Shown here in pieces: positions 1 through 9,782 of a stretch of 56,952 bases of DNA. The notes beneath the pieces are model-generated. The model was not told the DNA's origin, ran no database searches, and saw only the letters and a program-made list of their open reading frames with translations. The DNA lies in assembly GCA_049654905.1 (NCBI GenBank), contig JBASIS010000047.1, positions 1 through 56,952 on the forward strand. The letters run 5' to 3'. The translations under genes were made by a program, and so were the position numbers. Source of the stretch: Chromatiaceae bacterium. GTDB lineage: Bacteria > Pseudomonadota > Gammaproteobacteria > Chromatiales > Chromatiaceae. The stretch's first letter is position 1. The number at the start of each line of letters is the position of its first letter.

Positions 1-2770
1 TGGTCGGATTTTCCAGGATGCGGACCACCACCTCACGGTAGATGCCTCCGGACTGGCGCTCCAGGGCGGCGCCGAAATCCTTGGCGTCCTTGGCGGCATA
101 GGTGAGGTCCAGGCTGTCGTTGGCATAGTCCGAAACCCCGGCCGCCAGGGCATAGAGCTTGGGCTGAAGAATGAATTGATCCGGCTGGCCGCCCCCTTCC
201 CAGCGCAGCCTGATGGTCTCGGGCGGAGAGGCGCCGTAGCGATTTTCGGCCACCAGGCTGAGGGTCAGGTCACGGCCGGGCAGGCTAATCTCCAGGATTT
301 CCTCACCTGCCGCGGGCTGGGCAGGCTCTTCCCGCTGGGTAATGCGCTGGAGCCCCCGTTGGGCATCCAGGGGCCGGCCATCCACCAGTATTTGCAACGG
401 GCGGAGGGGCTCGCCACTGGGATTTTTGATGCGATAGCGGAGGCTGGTCTGGCCTTGGGCGAAACCCTCGCCATCCCGGGGGCTGATGATCTGGACGAGG
501 GGGGGCAGGGATGTCGCTACGCTCTGGTTGGGCAGGGTCTTTTCGCCCTGGGTATTGGCCTTGGCAATGGCCTGGCCCTCGTCCAGGGTCTCCAGGATGT
601 TCGCTACCACCTGGGGACGGTAGAAGCGCTCGCGGAAACTGCTGACGGGGTAGAAGTCGGAGGCATTGGCCCTGGCCATGGCCCGCCCGACCACCGCCCC
701 TACCTTGGGTGGGGCCTGGGGGTTCGCGCGCTGGGGATAGATGTCGAAGGTGAGATATTCCATGCCTCGAATGATATTGGCATGGACGGCTTCACCGGCG
801 CCTGTCTGGTTAATGACCTCGATCAACTCATCGCGTGATTGGACCCGGACGCCATTGACCGATTCGATCTGATCCCCGGCGAGGATGCCCGCGGTAGCGG
901 CGGCGGAGCCTGGGACCAGGTTGAGCACCGACAGGCCTTCCCCCATCTCGACCCGGTTCAGGTGCCAACCGATCAGCCGGTCCCCGCCGGGACTAGCATC
1001 GTAGTAGCCATCCGGGGTCCAGAGCACCCATTCCCGGGTCTCCTTATGCACGAACAGCGCCAGTAACTCCTGGCCATCGCTGTAGCGGTACCAGCGGACC
1101 GTGCCATCCCCGAAGGCGGCCGTGGCCAGGCGGCCATCGGCGCTGATGTTGACACCCCAGGCGGTATCATGGACCTGGGTTTGCCAGACCGGCTGGCCCT
1201 GGCGGTCGAAACGACGGAGATACCAGGCTGTGCCCAACAGGAAGCTTTGTCCATCAGGGGCGATGGCCAGAGCGCGGGAGGTTTCGTGCGGTGCCAGGGG
1301 CAGGGCCTTGCCATTGAGCTTAGGCCCCGGCTTGTTCTCCCAGTCGCTGACCTTGAGGCCCTGAGCCTTGATGCGGGGCGCGGCCAGGGGGCTGATGCCC
1401 AGGCCGCGGCGCACCGCATCGTCCAGGCCGCCAGGACCCATGCCTTGGGCCTGGCGCCATTGATTTAGGGCTACCTTTAATTGCGGCCCCGCCTGGCCAT
1501 CAATCCCACCGGGGTCGAAGCCTGATTCCACCAGGCGTTGCTGGAGCAGCCAGGTTTCGTTGATCTGGCCCTGGAACAGCCGCTTGGCGTTGATATCGAA
1601 CATGACCGTCTGTTCGCCGCCATAGCCGAGACCCATGGCAATCCGGCGCCCGTCGGCTGATATACGGAAATGCTCGCCAAGCTTATTGCGTAAATCCGGT
1701 ATCACCGCCCGTCGCTGTTGGATCAGGTCCCCATCGTTATTGAACTTGAGCCAGGCGGGGTCGTTGGTGGCGGCCAGTAGCCCGCCCTTGGCCAAGGGCC
1801 TCAGGTCGGCCAGGCTGTTACCCGTGCCCTTCCAAAAGCGCCGTTCGCCCTTGCCGGCCTTTTCCCAGGCCACGATGGGAAACTTGCCATCGAGTTGGAA
1901 GCGACCTCCCGCGAACAGGTGCTGGCCATCGCTGGACCAGGCCACCTTGCTCAAATCCCCGTTGTCGATCCCTTTGCGGCTGGGGTGCTCCAGGGGTTGC
2001 AGATCCTTGCCAGAGAGCAGATTCACCACCGGGGCATCCGCGAAGCCGACGGCGATCCGGGCGCCATCGGGGGAAAAGGTGACGGCGAAGGGCTCCTTGC
2101 CACCCGGGGCCGCGCGCTTGGCCGCGAGATGGAACTTGTCGTCGTAGAGGCGGATCTGGCCGTCCAGGGAACTGGTTACCAACTGGCCCTTGGCGTCGAA
2201 GTCGCACCAGTGGCTGGCGTCGCCATAATCGCTGTCACTGGCCACCTGCCGCCACCCATCCGTGGACCAGACGCGGATGCCGTCGCCACCCAGGCTGGCC
2301 CCCAGGTAGCGGCCATCCCGGGAAAAACACAGGTGGTTGATGACATTCGGCAAACCAAAGAGGTGTTGCCGCAATTCGCCACTGACCCGGTCGAAAAGGT
2401 AGAGATGATAATTGCCTGGCCCCTCGGTCCCTGCCTTGGTCGCCCCGCCGGCGGCGATCCATTGGCCGTCGGGTGATAGGGCGGCGGCGTACAGGCGGCC
2501 TTCCTCGCCTTCGCCGATCGGTATCCGCAAGGTCTTGCCCGGGTTCCCGTCATCGAGGGTCCAGAGGCGCAGGGTCTTGTCGTCGGAGGCAGTGATCAGC
2601 AGGTCCCCCGCCTGATCGACGGAGATGCGCTTGATCGGGCCGGTGTGCATGCCTGTTTCCAGGCGAAGGATGGGCTCGGTGGGCAAGCCATCGGCCTTTA
2701 GGAAAGGCGGGGATAGGGATAAGGCAAAGCCAAGGATGCCGAATAGCACAAGGTTAGACTGACGACGCAT
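1..2770 (-). CDS. Secreted multidomain WD40-repeat / peptidoglycan-binding / PDZ / caspase-like (peptidase C14) protein; 3' end cut by the window edge
   Basis: ATG (rc) at 2770-2768 opens a frame with no stop down to position 1. It is absent from the ORF track because it has no in-window stop, and no other minus ORF is listed in that frame. Hand translation: MRRQSNLVLFGILGFALSLSPPFLKADG (signal peptide), ITASDDKTLRLW (WD40), LQQRLVESGFDPGGIDGQAGPQL (PG_binding-like), EGLSVLNLVPGSAAATAGILAGDQIESVNG (PDZ), KLYALAAGVSDYANDSLDLTYAAKDAKDFGAALERQ (start of caspase p20-like domain). Confidence 0.8.
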   Translation of the reverse strand, partial: MRRQSNLVLFGILGFALSLSPPFLKADGLPTEPILRLETGMHTGPIKRISVDQAGDLLITASDDKTLRLWTLDDGNPGKTLRIPIGEGEEGRLYAAALSPDGQWIAAGGATKAGTEGPGNYHLYLFDRVSGELRQHLFGLPNVINHLCFSRDGRYLGASLGGDGIRVWSTDGWRQVASDSDYGDASHWCDFDAKGQLVTSSLDGQIRLYDDKFHLAAKRAAPGGKEPFAVTFSPDGARIAVGFADAPVVNLLSGKDLQPLEHPSRKGIDNGDLSKVAWSSDGQHLFAGGRFQLDGKFPIVAWEKAGKGERRFWKGTGNSLADLRPLAKGGLLAATNDPAWLKFNNDGDLIQQRRAVIPDLRNKLGEHFRISADGRRIAMGLGYGGEQTVMFDINAKRLFQGQINETWLLQQRLVESGFDPGGIDGQAGPQLKVALNQWRQAQGMGPGGLDDAVRRGLGISPLAAPRIKAQGLKVSDWENKPGPKLNGKALPLAPHETSRALAIAPDGQSFLLGTAWYLRRFDRQGQPVWQTQVHDTAWGVNISADGRLATAAFGDGTVRWYRYSDGQELLALFVHKETREWVLWTPDGYYDASPGGDRLIGWHLNRVEMGEGLSVLNLVPGSAAATAGILAGDQIESVNGVRVQSRDELIEVINQTGAGEAVHANIIRGMEYLTFDIYPQRANPQAPPKVGAVVGRAMARANASDFYPVSSFRERFYRPQVVANILETLDEGQAIAKANTQGEKTLPNQSVATSLPPLVQIISPRDGEGFAQGQTSLRYRIKNPSGEPLRPLQILVDGRPLDAQRGLQRITQREEPAQPAAGEEILEISLPGRDLTLSLVAENRYGASPPETIRLRWEGGGQPDQFILQPKLYALAAGVSDYANDSLDLTYAAKDAKDFGAALERQSGGIYREVVVRILENPT

Positions 2771-2986
2771 CTGTCCCTCTCCCATTTCGCCAAGCGCGTG
2801 GGGCCTTGAACCTTGGCCAAAGCGTATTAGGTCCCCAGGGAGGGCATGAATTACCCAAGGTCTCCCCGTACCCCTTGTCGCGACCCTATAATAAAGAAAA
2901 ATCCGGGCCGATGTTTGCGGCTGTTCGGACCCAGGTCGGGGAGTGAATAGCCGGCGCACCGCCATCATGAGCGAGGAATCCAGTCG

Positions 2987-3898
2987 ATGACTTATTGCCG
3001 TTTCCTTGCCGGTATCCTTGGCCTCGGGCTCCCCGGCCTGATCTGGGGCGATTGCGCTACCCTGGCCGCTGACATCCAGAACGCCGCGCGGGCGGGGGAG
3101 GTGACGGCACTCGCCGATTATGCCCGCCAGATCCCGACCGAGCCCAGCTGCGCCGATGATTTTCGCGTCAACCTGGCCCGGGTGGCGGCCTATGGATTTC
3201 TTCGCGAGGTCCAGGGTCGTCTAGCCAAGGGCGCTACCCTGGCGGATCAGGAGCCCCTTCTGCGCCAGTCGCTGACGGTGGCCCGCACCTGGCAGGTGCT
3301 GGCCCTGCTGGGCGATCTGGAATTAGAACGCAAGCATTACGAGGTCGCGACCCTGACCTATCAGGAGGCCCTGGGTTTGATCAATGACCCGGTGGCGACG
3401 CCCAAGGCGCCCCCCGAGGCCCAGATTGAGTCCATCTTCCGCAAGGCCGCGGAGTCCCGCCTTCTGGCCGAGCGATATGTGGCCGTACCCGTCAATCACC
3501 GCTCTGGCACCGCCGAGGGCCTGGCTCTGACCTCCGTGCGCGGCTGGGCGGTGCAACGGGTACCCATCCCGGTCACCTTTGAAAGCTACTCCGCCCAATT
3601 CTCGCCCAAGGGCGAGCAGGCGGCCAGCGATCTGGCGGCCTATCTCCTCAAGCAGGCGCCGGCGGAGATTACGCTGGTCGGTCACACCGATGAGCGGGGC
3701 TCGGACCAGGAAAATCTGGCCCTCTCCAAACGCCGGGCCGAGGTTCTCGCCAAGTATCTAAAAGATCAGGGTTACGGGGGCCGTATCCGTATCGAGGGTG
3801 CCGGTGAATCCCAGCCCATCAAGCTTGACGATCCCGATCGCTATACCCAGGAGGAAATCTGGGAACTCAATCGCCGGGTCGAACTCGTGCGGAAATGA
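2987..3898 (+). CDS. OmpA/MotB-family peptidoglycan-associated protein with a helical (TPR-like) N-terminal region
   Basis: C-terminal OmpA_C signature TLVGHTDERGSDQENLALSKRRAEVLAKYLKDQGY...NRRVELV; N-terminal hydrophobic signal-like segment. Confidence 0.8.
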   Translation: MTYCRFLAGILGLGLPGLIWGDCATLAADIQNAARAGEVTALADYARQIPTEPSCADDFRVNLARVAAYGFLREVQGRLAKGATLADQEPLLRQSLTVARTWQVLALLGDLELERKHYEVATLTYQEALGLINDPVATPKAPPEAQIESIFRKAAESRLLAERYVAVPVNHRSGTAEGLALTSVRGWAVQRVPIPVTFESYSAQFSPKGEQAASDLAAYLLKQAPAEITLVGHTDERGSDQENLALSKRRAEVLAKYLKDQGYGGRIRIEGAGESQPIKLDDPDRYTQEEIWELNRRVELVRK

Positions 3899-3902
3899 GG
3901 GC

Positions 3903-5540
3903 ATGACCATGATCAAGCGGCAGGCTCCTGGGCACCGTTCCGCTCCAGAACCCCTAGGTCATTCCTGGTCCTTCAGGCGTTGCTTCCCAGCCGCACTGGC
4001 CCTGGGCTGGCTGATGGCGGGTTCCGCTCTGGCCGAGGTCCGCGCCCTGGTGATCGGCATTGATGCCTATCAACACGGTTCCCCGCTCAAGGGCGCCGTG
4101 TCGGATGCCCAGGATGTCGCCCAGGCACTGCGCCAACTCGGCGTGACGGATCTCACCCTGCGACTCAACCAGGAAGTGACCCGGGACCGCCTGGCCCAGG
4201 ACTGGCGGGAGTTGCTCTCGCGTTCCCAGAGCGGTGATACCCTGGTGTTGACCTATGCCGGCCATGGCGCTCAGGAGCCGGAGCGGGTCGCGGGGAACGA
4301 GCAGGACGGCAAGGATGAGGTGCTCCTGCTGGCGGGCTTCTCGGAAACCGGCCCGGGGACCCGTGAACGCCTGGTGGATGATGAACTCTACCAATGGTTT
4401 CGCGAGGCCAACGACCGGGGGCTGGAACTGCTGTTCGTCGCCGATGCCTGTCACTCCGGCACCCTGACCCGGGGCGTGGATCCGCGCGCGGGTGGGGGGC
4501 GGGTGCGCTACAGCGCCTATACCATCACCGACGACGAGCTTGATCTGCAAATTCCCACCCCGGCGACTGGTGGCCCGGGTGGGGAGGACTTGCCCCGCCT
4601 CACCTTTCTGGCCGCGGGGCAGGAGAACCAGAAGGTGCCCGAGGTCGATCTGCTGGATACCCAGGGGCATCCTTCGCCGCGAGGGGCTCTGAGTTGGGCC
4701 TTCGCCCGGGCCCTGGAGGGGCAGGCCGATCAGGATAGCGACGCCCGGCTGACCCGGGACGAAATCAACCGTTTCGTGCGCGCTAATGTACGCGCCATTG
4801 CCGAGGCCCGGCAGACCCCGAACCTGCTGCCGATGGGTGATGAGGGGCGAGTTGTCCTGCCGGTGGGTGCCGCCACGACGCGTTCCGCCACCCTGGCCAG
4901 CCATTGGCCTGAGGCGCGGGTACGCATCCTGGCGTCGGACGAGCGCTCCGCGGCCGCCCTGGCCGAGGAATTGACTGGGATTGCCCGGGTGGCCGAGGGC
5001 GAGGATGCCGATCTGATCCTCGATCTGCGCGCGCGCCAGGCGATCTCCGGGCAGGGGGATGTCCTGGCGCGGGATTTGGTCCGGCCCGCGCTGCAAACCC
5101 TCATCGATAAATGGCGTGGTCTGGAAAAGCTCAAGTTCGAGCGGTTGGGGGACCGCTTGACCATGCGCGTGCTCCCCAACGATGGCACCCACCGCCAGGG
5201 CCAGGAGATGGTCTTCGAGATCGACGACATCCGCCTGCCCTATCTGGTGTTTTTTAGCCTCTCGGGCGACGGCACCCTGAATTTCCACTACCCCTTGCCG
5301 GAGGATCCCGAGACCGTGCCCACGGGCCGGCCGGTCAGGGTCGGTTTCAAGGTTACGCCACCCTATGGCGCGGATCACATCATCGCCGTGGCCAGCGACC
5401 AGTCCCTGGGTGAACTGACGGCCCTGCTCAGGTCGCTGGATGGCAAGCCCGCCCCTCGACCCGCCCTGGAGTCGGTGATCGCCGTCCTCCGTCAGGGCAG
5501 CCGCCAATTGGGGATTCAGGGCCTTTTTACCGCCCCCTGA
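3903..5540 (+). CDS. Caspase-like peptidase C14 (orthocaspase) with C-terminal DUF4384-like domain
   Basis: ALVIGIDAYQ..., catalytic His context LTYAGHGAQ and Cys context VADACHSG; C-terminal RVLPNDGTHRQGQEMVFEI...LSGDGTLNFHYPL. I prefer ATG 3903 (MTMIKRQ) to the track start 3798, which overlaps the OmpA gene by 100 nt. Confidence 0.8.
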   Translation: MTMIKRQAPGHRSAPEPLGHSWSFRRCFPAALALGWLMAGSALAEVRALVIGIDAYQHGSPLKGAVSDAQDVAQALRQLGVTDLTLRLNQEVTRDRLAQDWRELLSRSQSGDTLVLTYAGHGAQEPERVAGNEQDGKDEVLLLAGFSETGPGTRERLVDDELYQWFREANDRGLELLFVADACHSGTLTRGVDPRAGGGRVRYSAYTITDDELDLQIPTPATGGPGGEDLPRLTFLAAGQENQKVPEVDLLDTQGHPSPRGALSWAFARALEGQADQDSDARLTRDEINRFVRANVRAIAEARQTPNLLPMGDEGRVVLPVGAATTRSATLASHWPEARVRILASDERSAAALAEELTGIARVAEGEDADLILDLRARQAISGQGDVLARDLVRPALQTLIDKWRGLEKLKFERLGDRLTMRVLPNDGTHRQGQEMVFEIDDIRLPYLVFFSLSGDGTLNFHYPLPEDPETVPTGRPVRVGFKVTPPYGADHIIAVASDQSLGELTALLRSLDGKPAPRPALESVIAVLRQGSRQLGIQGLFTAP

Positions 5541-5589
5541 CGCGCCGCCTCCGCCCCTCGCCGCCGACTTACCTCGGGAGATTTGCCTT

Positions 5590-6789
5590 GTGAAAATCCG
5601 CCTCTCATCCCGGCTCCGGTTAGCCGCTAGTCCTGGTCTTGCCCGCTGTCGTTCCCTCCTGGCGCCCTGGTCGGGGATGGGTTGGCTGCTGGCGGGCCTG
5701 CTGGTGCTGTCGCCGCCACTCTGGGCCCAGGTCTCCGCCGTGGACCTGGCCGAATGGGGTCAGGAGAAGGCCGCGCCACGCCCGGAGGAGCCGGCGCCGG
5801 GAGAAATAACCGCCCTGGACACTGGCGACGAAGATGCGCCAGAGGCGGCCAAGGTGGCGGAAACCCAGCCCACCAAGCCCCGGGTGGCGGTCTACCAATT
5901 CAAGGTGCGCGGTGATCTGGGCATCCCGGACGCGGGTGACATCATCGGCGAATGGATGATCGGCGCCTTGGCCGCGACGGGCCGCTTTACCCTCATGGAG
6001 CGGGTGCTGCTCCAAAAGGTGTTCGAGGAAAATGAACTCCAGTCCAGTCATCTGGCCGACGAATCCACCCTGGCCGCCGAGGCCGGCCGGCTCTATGGCG
6101 TGGAGGCCATTGTCAGCGGCACCGCCATCAAGTGGGGCGAGACCATTTCTATCGTGGCGCGGCTGATCGATACCAATACGGGCGTCATTCGCAGCGCCGC
6201 CGAGATCAAGACCACTAATCGCAACAATATTCCGGACCAGATTGACCTGCTGGCCCGCAAGCTCGTGGGCCCCGTACCCGCTTCGGCCAAGACCGGACCC
6301 ACGGCCCCGCAACCAACCGGGCCCGGGCTGGTGGCCCAAAATCCGGCGCGGCTGGCCATTCAGATCCTGCCCAAGGAGCGCTTTCGCCTCGGCCAGGAGA
6401 TGCGCTTTCGCATCACCAGCCAGCAGGATGGCCATCTGTTGGTGGTGGATCTGAATGCGGACGGGGAGATGTCTCAGGTTTATCCCTTGGATGAGGGCGC
6501 GGTCGGGGCCATCGACAACCGTCTGCGCTCGGGCCGGGCCCTCACCCTTCCGGAACCCCGGTCCGGATTAAGCTTCACCGCCAGCGAACCCACCGGCACG
6601 GGCCGGCTGGTGGCTATCCTCACGGAGGAGGCGGTTGACCTTGAGGAATTGCGGGATGGGGGGCGGCTGACGGGAGCCGGGCAAGACCCCGTCAGCGGTA
6701 TCCTCGATCGGCTCTCCCAGCTTCAGGCCAAAAGCCCATCCGCCGCCTCTTGGTCCATGACCCAGGCGGAGTATCTGATCGAGCCCTAG
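5590..6789 (+). CDS. CsgG/FlgO/LpoB-like envelope protein with C-terminal DUF4384-like domain
   Basis: PRVAVYQFKVRGDLGIPDAGDIIGEWMIGALAATGRFTLMERVLLQKVFEENELQ...GVEAIVSGTAIKWGETISIVARLIDTNTGVI (CsgG/FlgO-like fold signature). C-terminal ILPKERFRLGQEMRFRITSQQDGHLLVVDLNADGEMSQVYPL. GTG start. Confidence 0.65.
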   Translation: MKIRLSSRLRLAASPGLARCRSLLAPWSGMGWLLAGLLVLSPPLWAQVSAVDLAEWGQEKAAPRPEEPAPGEITALDTGDEDAPEAAKVAETQPTKPRVAVYQFKVRGDLGIPDAGDIIGEWMIGALAATGRFTLMERVLLQKVFEENELQSSHLADESTLAAEAGRLYGVEAIVSGTAIKWGETISIVARLIDTNTGVIRSAAEIKTTNRNNIPDQIDLLARKLVGPVPASAKTGPTAPQPTGPGLVAQNPARLAIQILPKERFRLGQEMRFRITSQQDGHLLVVDLNADGEMSQVYPLDEGAVGAIDNRLRSGRALTLPEPRSGLSFTASEPTGTGRLVAILTEEAVDLEELRDGGRLTGAGQDPVSGILDRLSQLQAKSPSAASWSMTQAEYLIEP

Positions 6790-6950
6790 CCCGCCCTCGG
6801 CCCTCCCCCCGCCTGCCGTGGCGTGACTAGGGAATAATACAGAGGCAGGCTATCCAGGGTCCCTGAATCGTTGGCCTGGATCCGCTAGTCGGCCCGCGGC
6901 TTGAGCCCGCTCGCTGGATTTTGCCTCCCTTTGCCCCTATTCTGCCGGTC

Positions 6951-8288
6951 ATGATGAAGAAGCTCTATATCCAGACTAATGGCTGTCAGATGAACGAGTA
7001 TGACTCCGCGCGCATGGCGGATGTGCTGCGGGAGTCCCATGGCCTGGAGTTGGCGGCCTCCGCCGAGGAGGCGGATGTCCTGCTGCTGAACACCTGTTCC
7101 ATCCGCGAGAAGGCCCAGGAAAAGGTCTTTTCCGCCCTGGGGCGCTGGAAGCCCCTCAAGCAACAGCGGCCGGACCTGGTCATTGGTGTCGGCGGCTGCG
7201 TCGCCAGCCAGGAGGGTGAGGCCCTGCGCGAGCGGGCGCCCTTCGTCGATCTTGTCTTCGGACCCCAGACCCTGCATCGCCTGCCCGCTATGTTGCGGGA
7301 ACTGGCGGCGGGGCAGGGTCCCCGGGTGGACGTCTCCTTCCCGGCGATCGAGAAGTTCGACAGCCTGCCGGCGCCGCGGGCCGAGGGGCCGACGGCCTTC
7401 GTCTCGGTCATGGAGGGCTGTTCCAAGTTCTGCACCTATTGCGTGGTCCCCTATACGCGGGGCGCCGAGGTCAGCCGGCCTTTCGACGACGTCATCGCCG
7501 AGGTCGCGGGCCTGGCGGCGCAGGGGGTGCGCGAGGTCAACCTGCTGGGTCAGAACGTCAACGCTTATCGCGGCCCGCAGCATGACGGCGAGGTCGCGGA
7601 CCTGGCGCTGTTGATCCGCTATTTGGCGGCTATCGAGGGCATCGACCGTATCCGCTATACCACATCTCATCCGGTGGAGTTTTCGGACGCCCTGATCGAG
7701 GTTTATGGCGAGGTGCCGGAACTGGTCGATCATTTGCATCTGCCGGTGCAAAGCGGATCCGATTTGATCCTGGCGGCCATGAAACGCGGTCACACGGCGG
7801 CCCAATATCAGGACAAGATTCGCCGGCTGCGCGCGGTGCGGCCCAACATCAGCATCTCGTCGGATTTCATCGTCGGCTTTCCCGGCGAGATGGACGCGGA
7901 CTTTGCCGCCACCCTGGCGTTGATCGAGGACATCGGCTTCGATGCCAGCTTCAGCTTTATCTACAGCCGCCGCCCGGGCACCCCGGCGGCGGATTACCCG
8001 GACGAGACCCCGCACCCGGTCAAGCAGGAGCGCCTGATGCGCCTGCAGGCGCGGCTGGCGAACCAGGCCCAGGGCATCAGCCGGCGCATGGTCGGCACCC
8101 TGGAGCGGGTCCTGGTGGAGGGGCCCGCCCGCAAGGACCCGCGCGAGCTGGCCGGTCGCACCGAGAATAACCGGGTAGTCAATTTCGCCGGACCCGCGGA
8201 TCTCATCGGCCAGTTCGCCGAGGTTCGCATCACCCAGGCCCTGCCCAATTCCCTGCGTGGGGAACTGGCGCCAGCGCCCCTGCCCTGA
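6951..8288 (+). CDS. miaB: tRNA-2-methylthio-N6-dimethylallyladenosine synthase MiaB (radical SAM)
   Basis: [18 protein letters not shown]..., radical-SAM [19 protein letters not shown]-like C-terminus. Start moved to ATG 6951 (track start 6921 is TTG). Confidence 0.93.
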   Translation: MMKKLYIQTNGCQMNEYDSARMADVLRESHGLELAASAEEADVLLLNTCSIREKAQEKVFSALGRWKPLKQQRPDLVIGVGGCVASQEGEALRERAPFVDLVFGPQTLHRLPAMLRELAAGQGPRVDVSFPAIEKFDSLPAPRAEGPTAFVSVMEGCSKFCTYCVVPYTRGAEVSRPFDDVIAEVAGLAAQGVREVNLLGQNVNAYRGPQHDGEVADLALLIRYLAAIEGIDRIRYTTSHPVEFSDALIEVYGEVPELVDHLHLPVQSGSDLILAAMKRGHTAAQYQDKIRRLRAVRPNISISSDFIVGFPGEMDADFAATLALIEDIGFDASFSFIYSRRPGTPAADYPDETPHPVKQERLMRLQARLANQAQGISRRMVGTLERVLVEGPARKDPRELAGRTENNRVVNFAGPADLIGQFAEVRITQALPNSLRGELAPAPLP

Positions 8289-8306
8289 GAGCCTGCCGCA
8301 GACCCT

Positions 8307-9287
8307 TTGTCCCAGATACCCGAAACCCTCGACCTCCGGCTCGCGCCCGAGGACAACATCCGTCTCGCCAACCTCACCGGTCAGCTCGACGCCCATCTGC
8401 GCCAGATCGAGCGCCGGCTGGGCATCGAGATCGCCAATCGCGGCCACCTCTTCCGCCTTATTGGCGAGGGCCAAGCGATACGGGCCGGCGAGCAGGTCCT
8501 GGAACGTCTTTATGCCGCGACCGCGGAGGAGGTCCTGACGCCCGAGGCCATTCATCTGCAATTGCAGGCCTCCGGCGTCGAGGCCCTCCTTGAGGATGGG
8601 GACGCCGAGCGCCCGGAACTGGCCGTGCGGCTCAAACGCGCCCTGATCCGCGCTCGCGGGCCGAATCAGCAGGCCTATCTCGATGCGGTGATGCGCCACG
8701 ACATCAACTTTGGTGTTGGCCCCGCCGGGACCGGCAAGACCTATCTCGCCGTCGCCTGCGCCGTGGAGGCCCTGGAGACGGACCGCGTTCGGCGGGTCTT
8801 GCTGGTGCGACCGGCGGTGGAGGCCGGCGAGCGCCTGGGCTTTCTGCCGGGCGACCTGGCCCAGAAGATAGACCCCTATCTGCGCCCCCTCTACGACGCC
8901 CTCTACGAGATGCTGGGTTTCGAGAAGGTGACCCGGCTCATGGAGCGCCATGTCATCGAGGTCGCGCCCCTGGCCTACATGCGCGGGCGCACCCTCAACG
9001 ATGCCTTCATCATTCTGGACGAGGCCCAGAACACCACGCCGGAGCAGATGAAGATGTTCCTGACCCGCATCGGTTTCGGTTCCACGGCCGTTATTACCGG
9101 CGACGTTACCCAGGTGGACCTGCCCCGGGGCCAGACCTCGGGTCTGCGCCAGGGCATCGAGGTCTTGCGGCATGTGGAGGGCATCAGCTTCACCTTCTTC
9201 AATGCCCGTGACGTGGTGCGCCACGCGCTGGTGCAACGCATCGTCAATGCCTATGACGCCTTCGATCGGGGCCTGCCGGCGGAGTAG
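8307..9287 (+). CDS. ybeZ: PhoH-like ATPase YbeZ
   Basis: Walker A GPAGTGKTYLAV, ILDEAQN, conserved position between miaB and ybeY; TTG start. Confidence 0.9.
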   Translation: MSQIPETLDLRLAPEDNIRLANLTGQLDAHLRQIERRLGIEIANRGHLFRLIGEGQAIRAGEQVLERLYAATAEEVLTPEAIHLQLQASGVEALLEDGDAERPELAVRLKRALIRARGPNQQAYLDAVMRHDINFGVGPAGTGKTYLAVACAVEALETDRVRRVLLVRPAVEAGERLGFLPGDLAQKIDPYLRPLYDALYEMLGFEKVTRLMERHVIEVAPLAYMRGRTLNDAFIILDEAQNTTPEQMKMFLTRIGFGSTAVITGDVTQVDLPRGQTSGLRQGIEVLRHVEGISFTFFNARDVVRHALVQRIVNAYDAFDRGLPAE

Positions 9288-9296
9288 GGGTAGGGG

Positions 9297-9755
9297 GTGA
9301 AGATCAAGCTGGCTATTCAGCAGGCCTCCGCCGCGAGCCGGGTGCCGGTTAAGGGGGAGGTGAAGCGATGGGCGGCGGCGGCCTTAAAGGGGCGGCGCAA
9401 GCAGGCTCGTCTCAGCCTGCGCATCCTCGATGAGGCAGAGTCGGCCGCCCTGAATCTGCGCTATCGCGGTAAGGCGGGACCGACCAATGTCCTCTCCTTT
9501 TCCTTCGAGCCCCCACCGGGCCTGCCGGGCCCCCAGCCATTCATCGGCGATCTCGCTATCTGTGCCCCGGTGGTGGAGCGCGAGGCCCTGGAACAGGGCA
9601 AGTCCCTGGAGGCCCACTGGGCCCACCTGGTGGTCCACGGCATCCTGCATCTGCTGGGCCATGACCACCGCGACGAGGCCGAGGCCCAGGAGATGGAGAC
9701 GCTAGAGACCCGTATTATGGAGGAGCTAGGCTTTCCCGCCCCTTACGAGGCGTGA
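9297..9755 (+). CDS. ybeY: Endoribonuclease YbeY (rRNA maturation)
   Basis: Metal-binding motif HGILHLLGHDH; miaB-ybeZ-ybeY synteny; GTG start. Confidence 0.9.
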   Translation: MKIKLAIQQASAASRVPVKGEVKRWAAAALKGRRKQARLSLRILDEAESAALNLRYRGKAGPTNVLSFSFEPPPGLPGPQPFIGDLAICAPVVEREALEQGKSLEAHWAHLVVHGILHLLGHDHRDEAEAQEMETLETRIMEELGFPAPYEA

Positions 9756-9782
9756 GGGGCGAGGCGCGCTGCCGGGCGGAGC

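Noticed and set aside
3798-3902. N-terminal extensions proposed by the ORF track for many genes (3798 for the caspase gene, 10853 for prk, 13517 for the GGDEF gene, 27284, 27233, 30240, 31572, 48815, 51458, 51912, 21584, 15696, 15943).
   Set aside because: The extensions overlap upstream genes or intergenic promoters and are not part of the conserved protein N-termini. Internal ATG/GTG codons that reproduce canonical N-termini (for example [26 protein letters not shown], (M)EVILMKKV) were used instead.
6885-9236. Very long antisense ORFs in the track: 6885-9236(-) 783 aa, 3954-5507(-), 32863-34821(-), 43147-44430(-), 44327-45718(-), 52071-53780(-), 13550-14839(-), 5620-6435(-), and others.
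   Set aside because: They lie opposite genes with unambiguous family motifs (miaB/ybeZ, caspase, SNF2, RND subunits, alaS). Their translations are G/R/A/H/Q/P-rich with no recognisable motifs. This is typical stop-codon-poor antisense frames of a high-GC genome.
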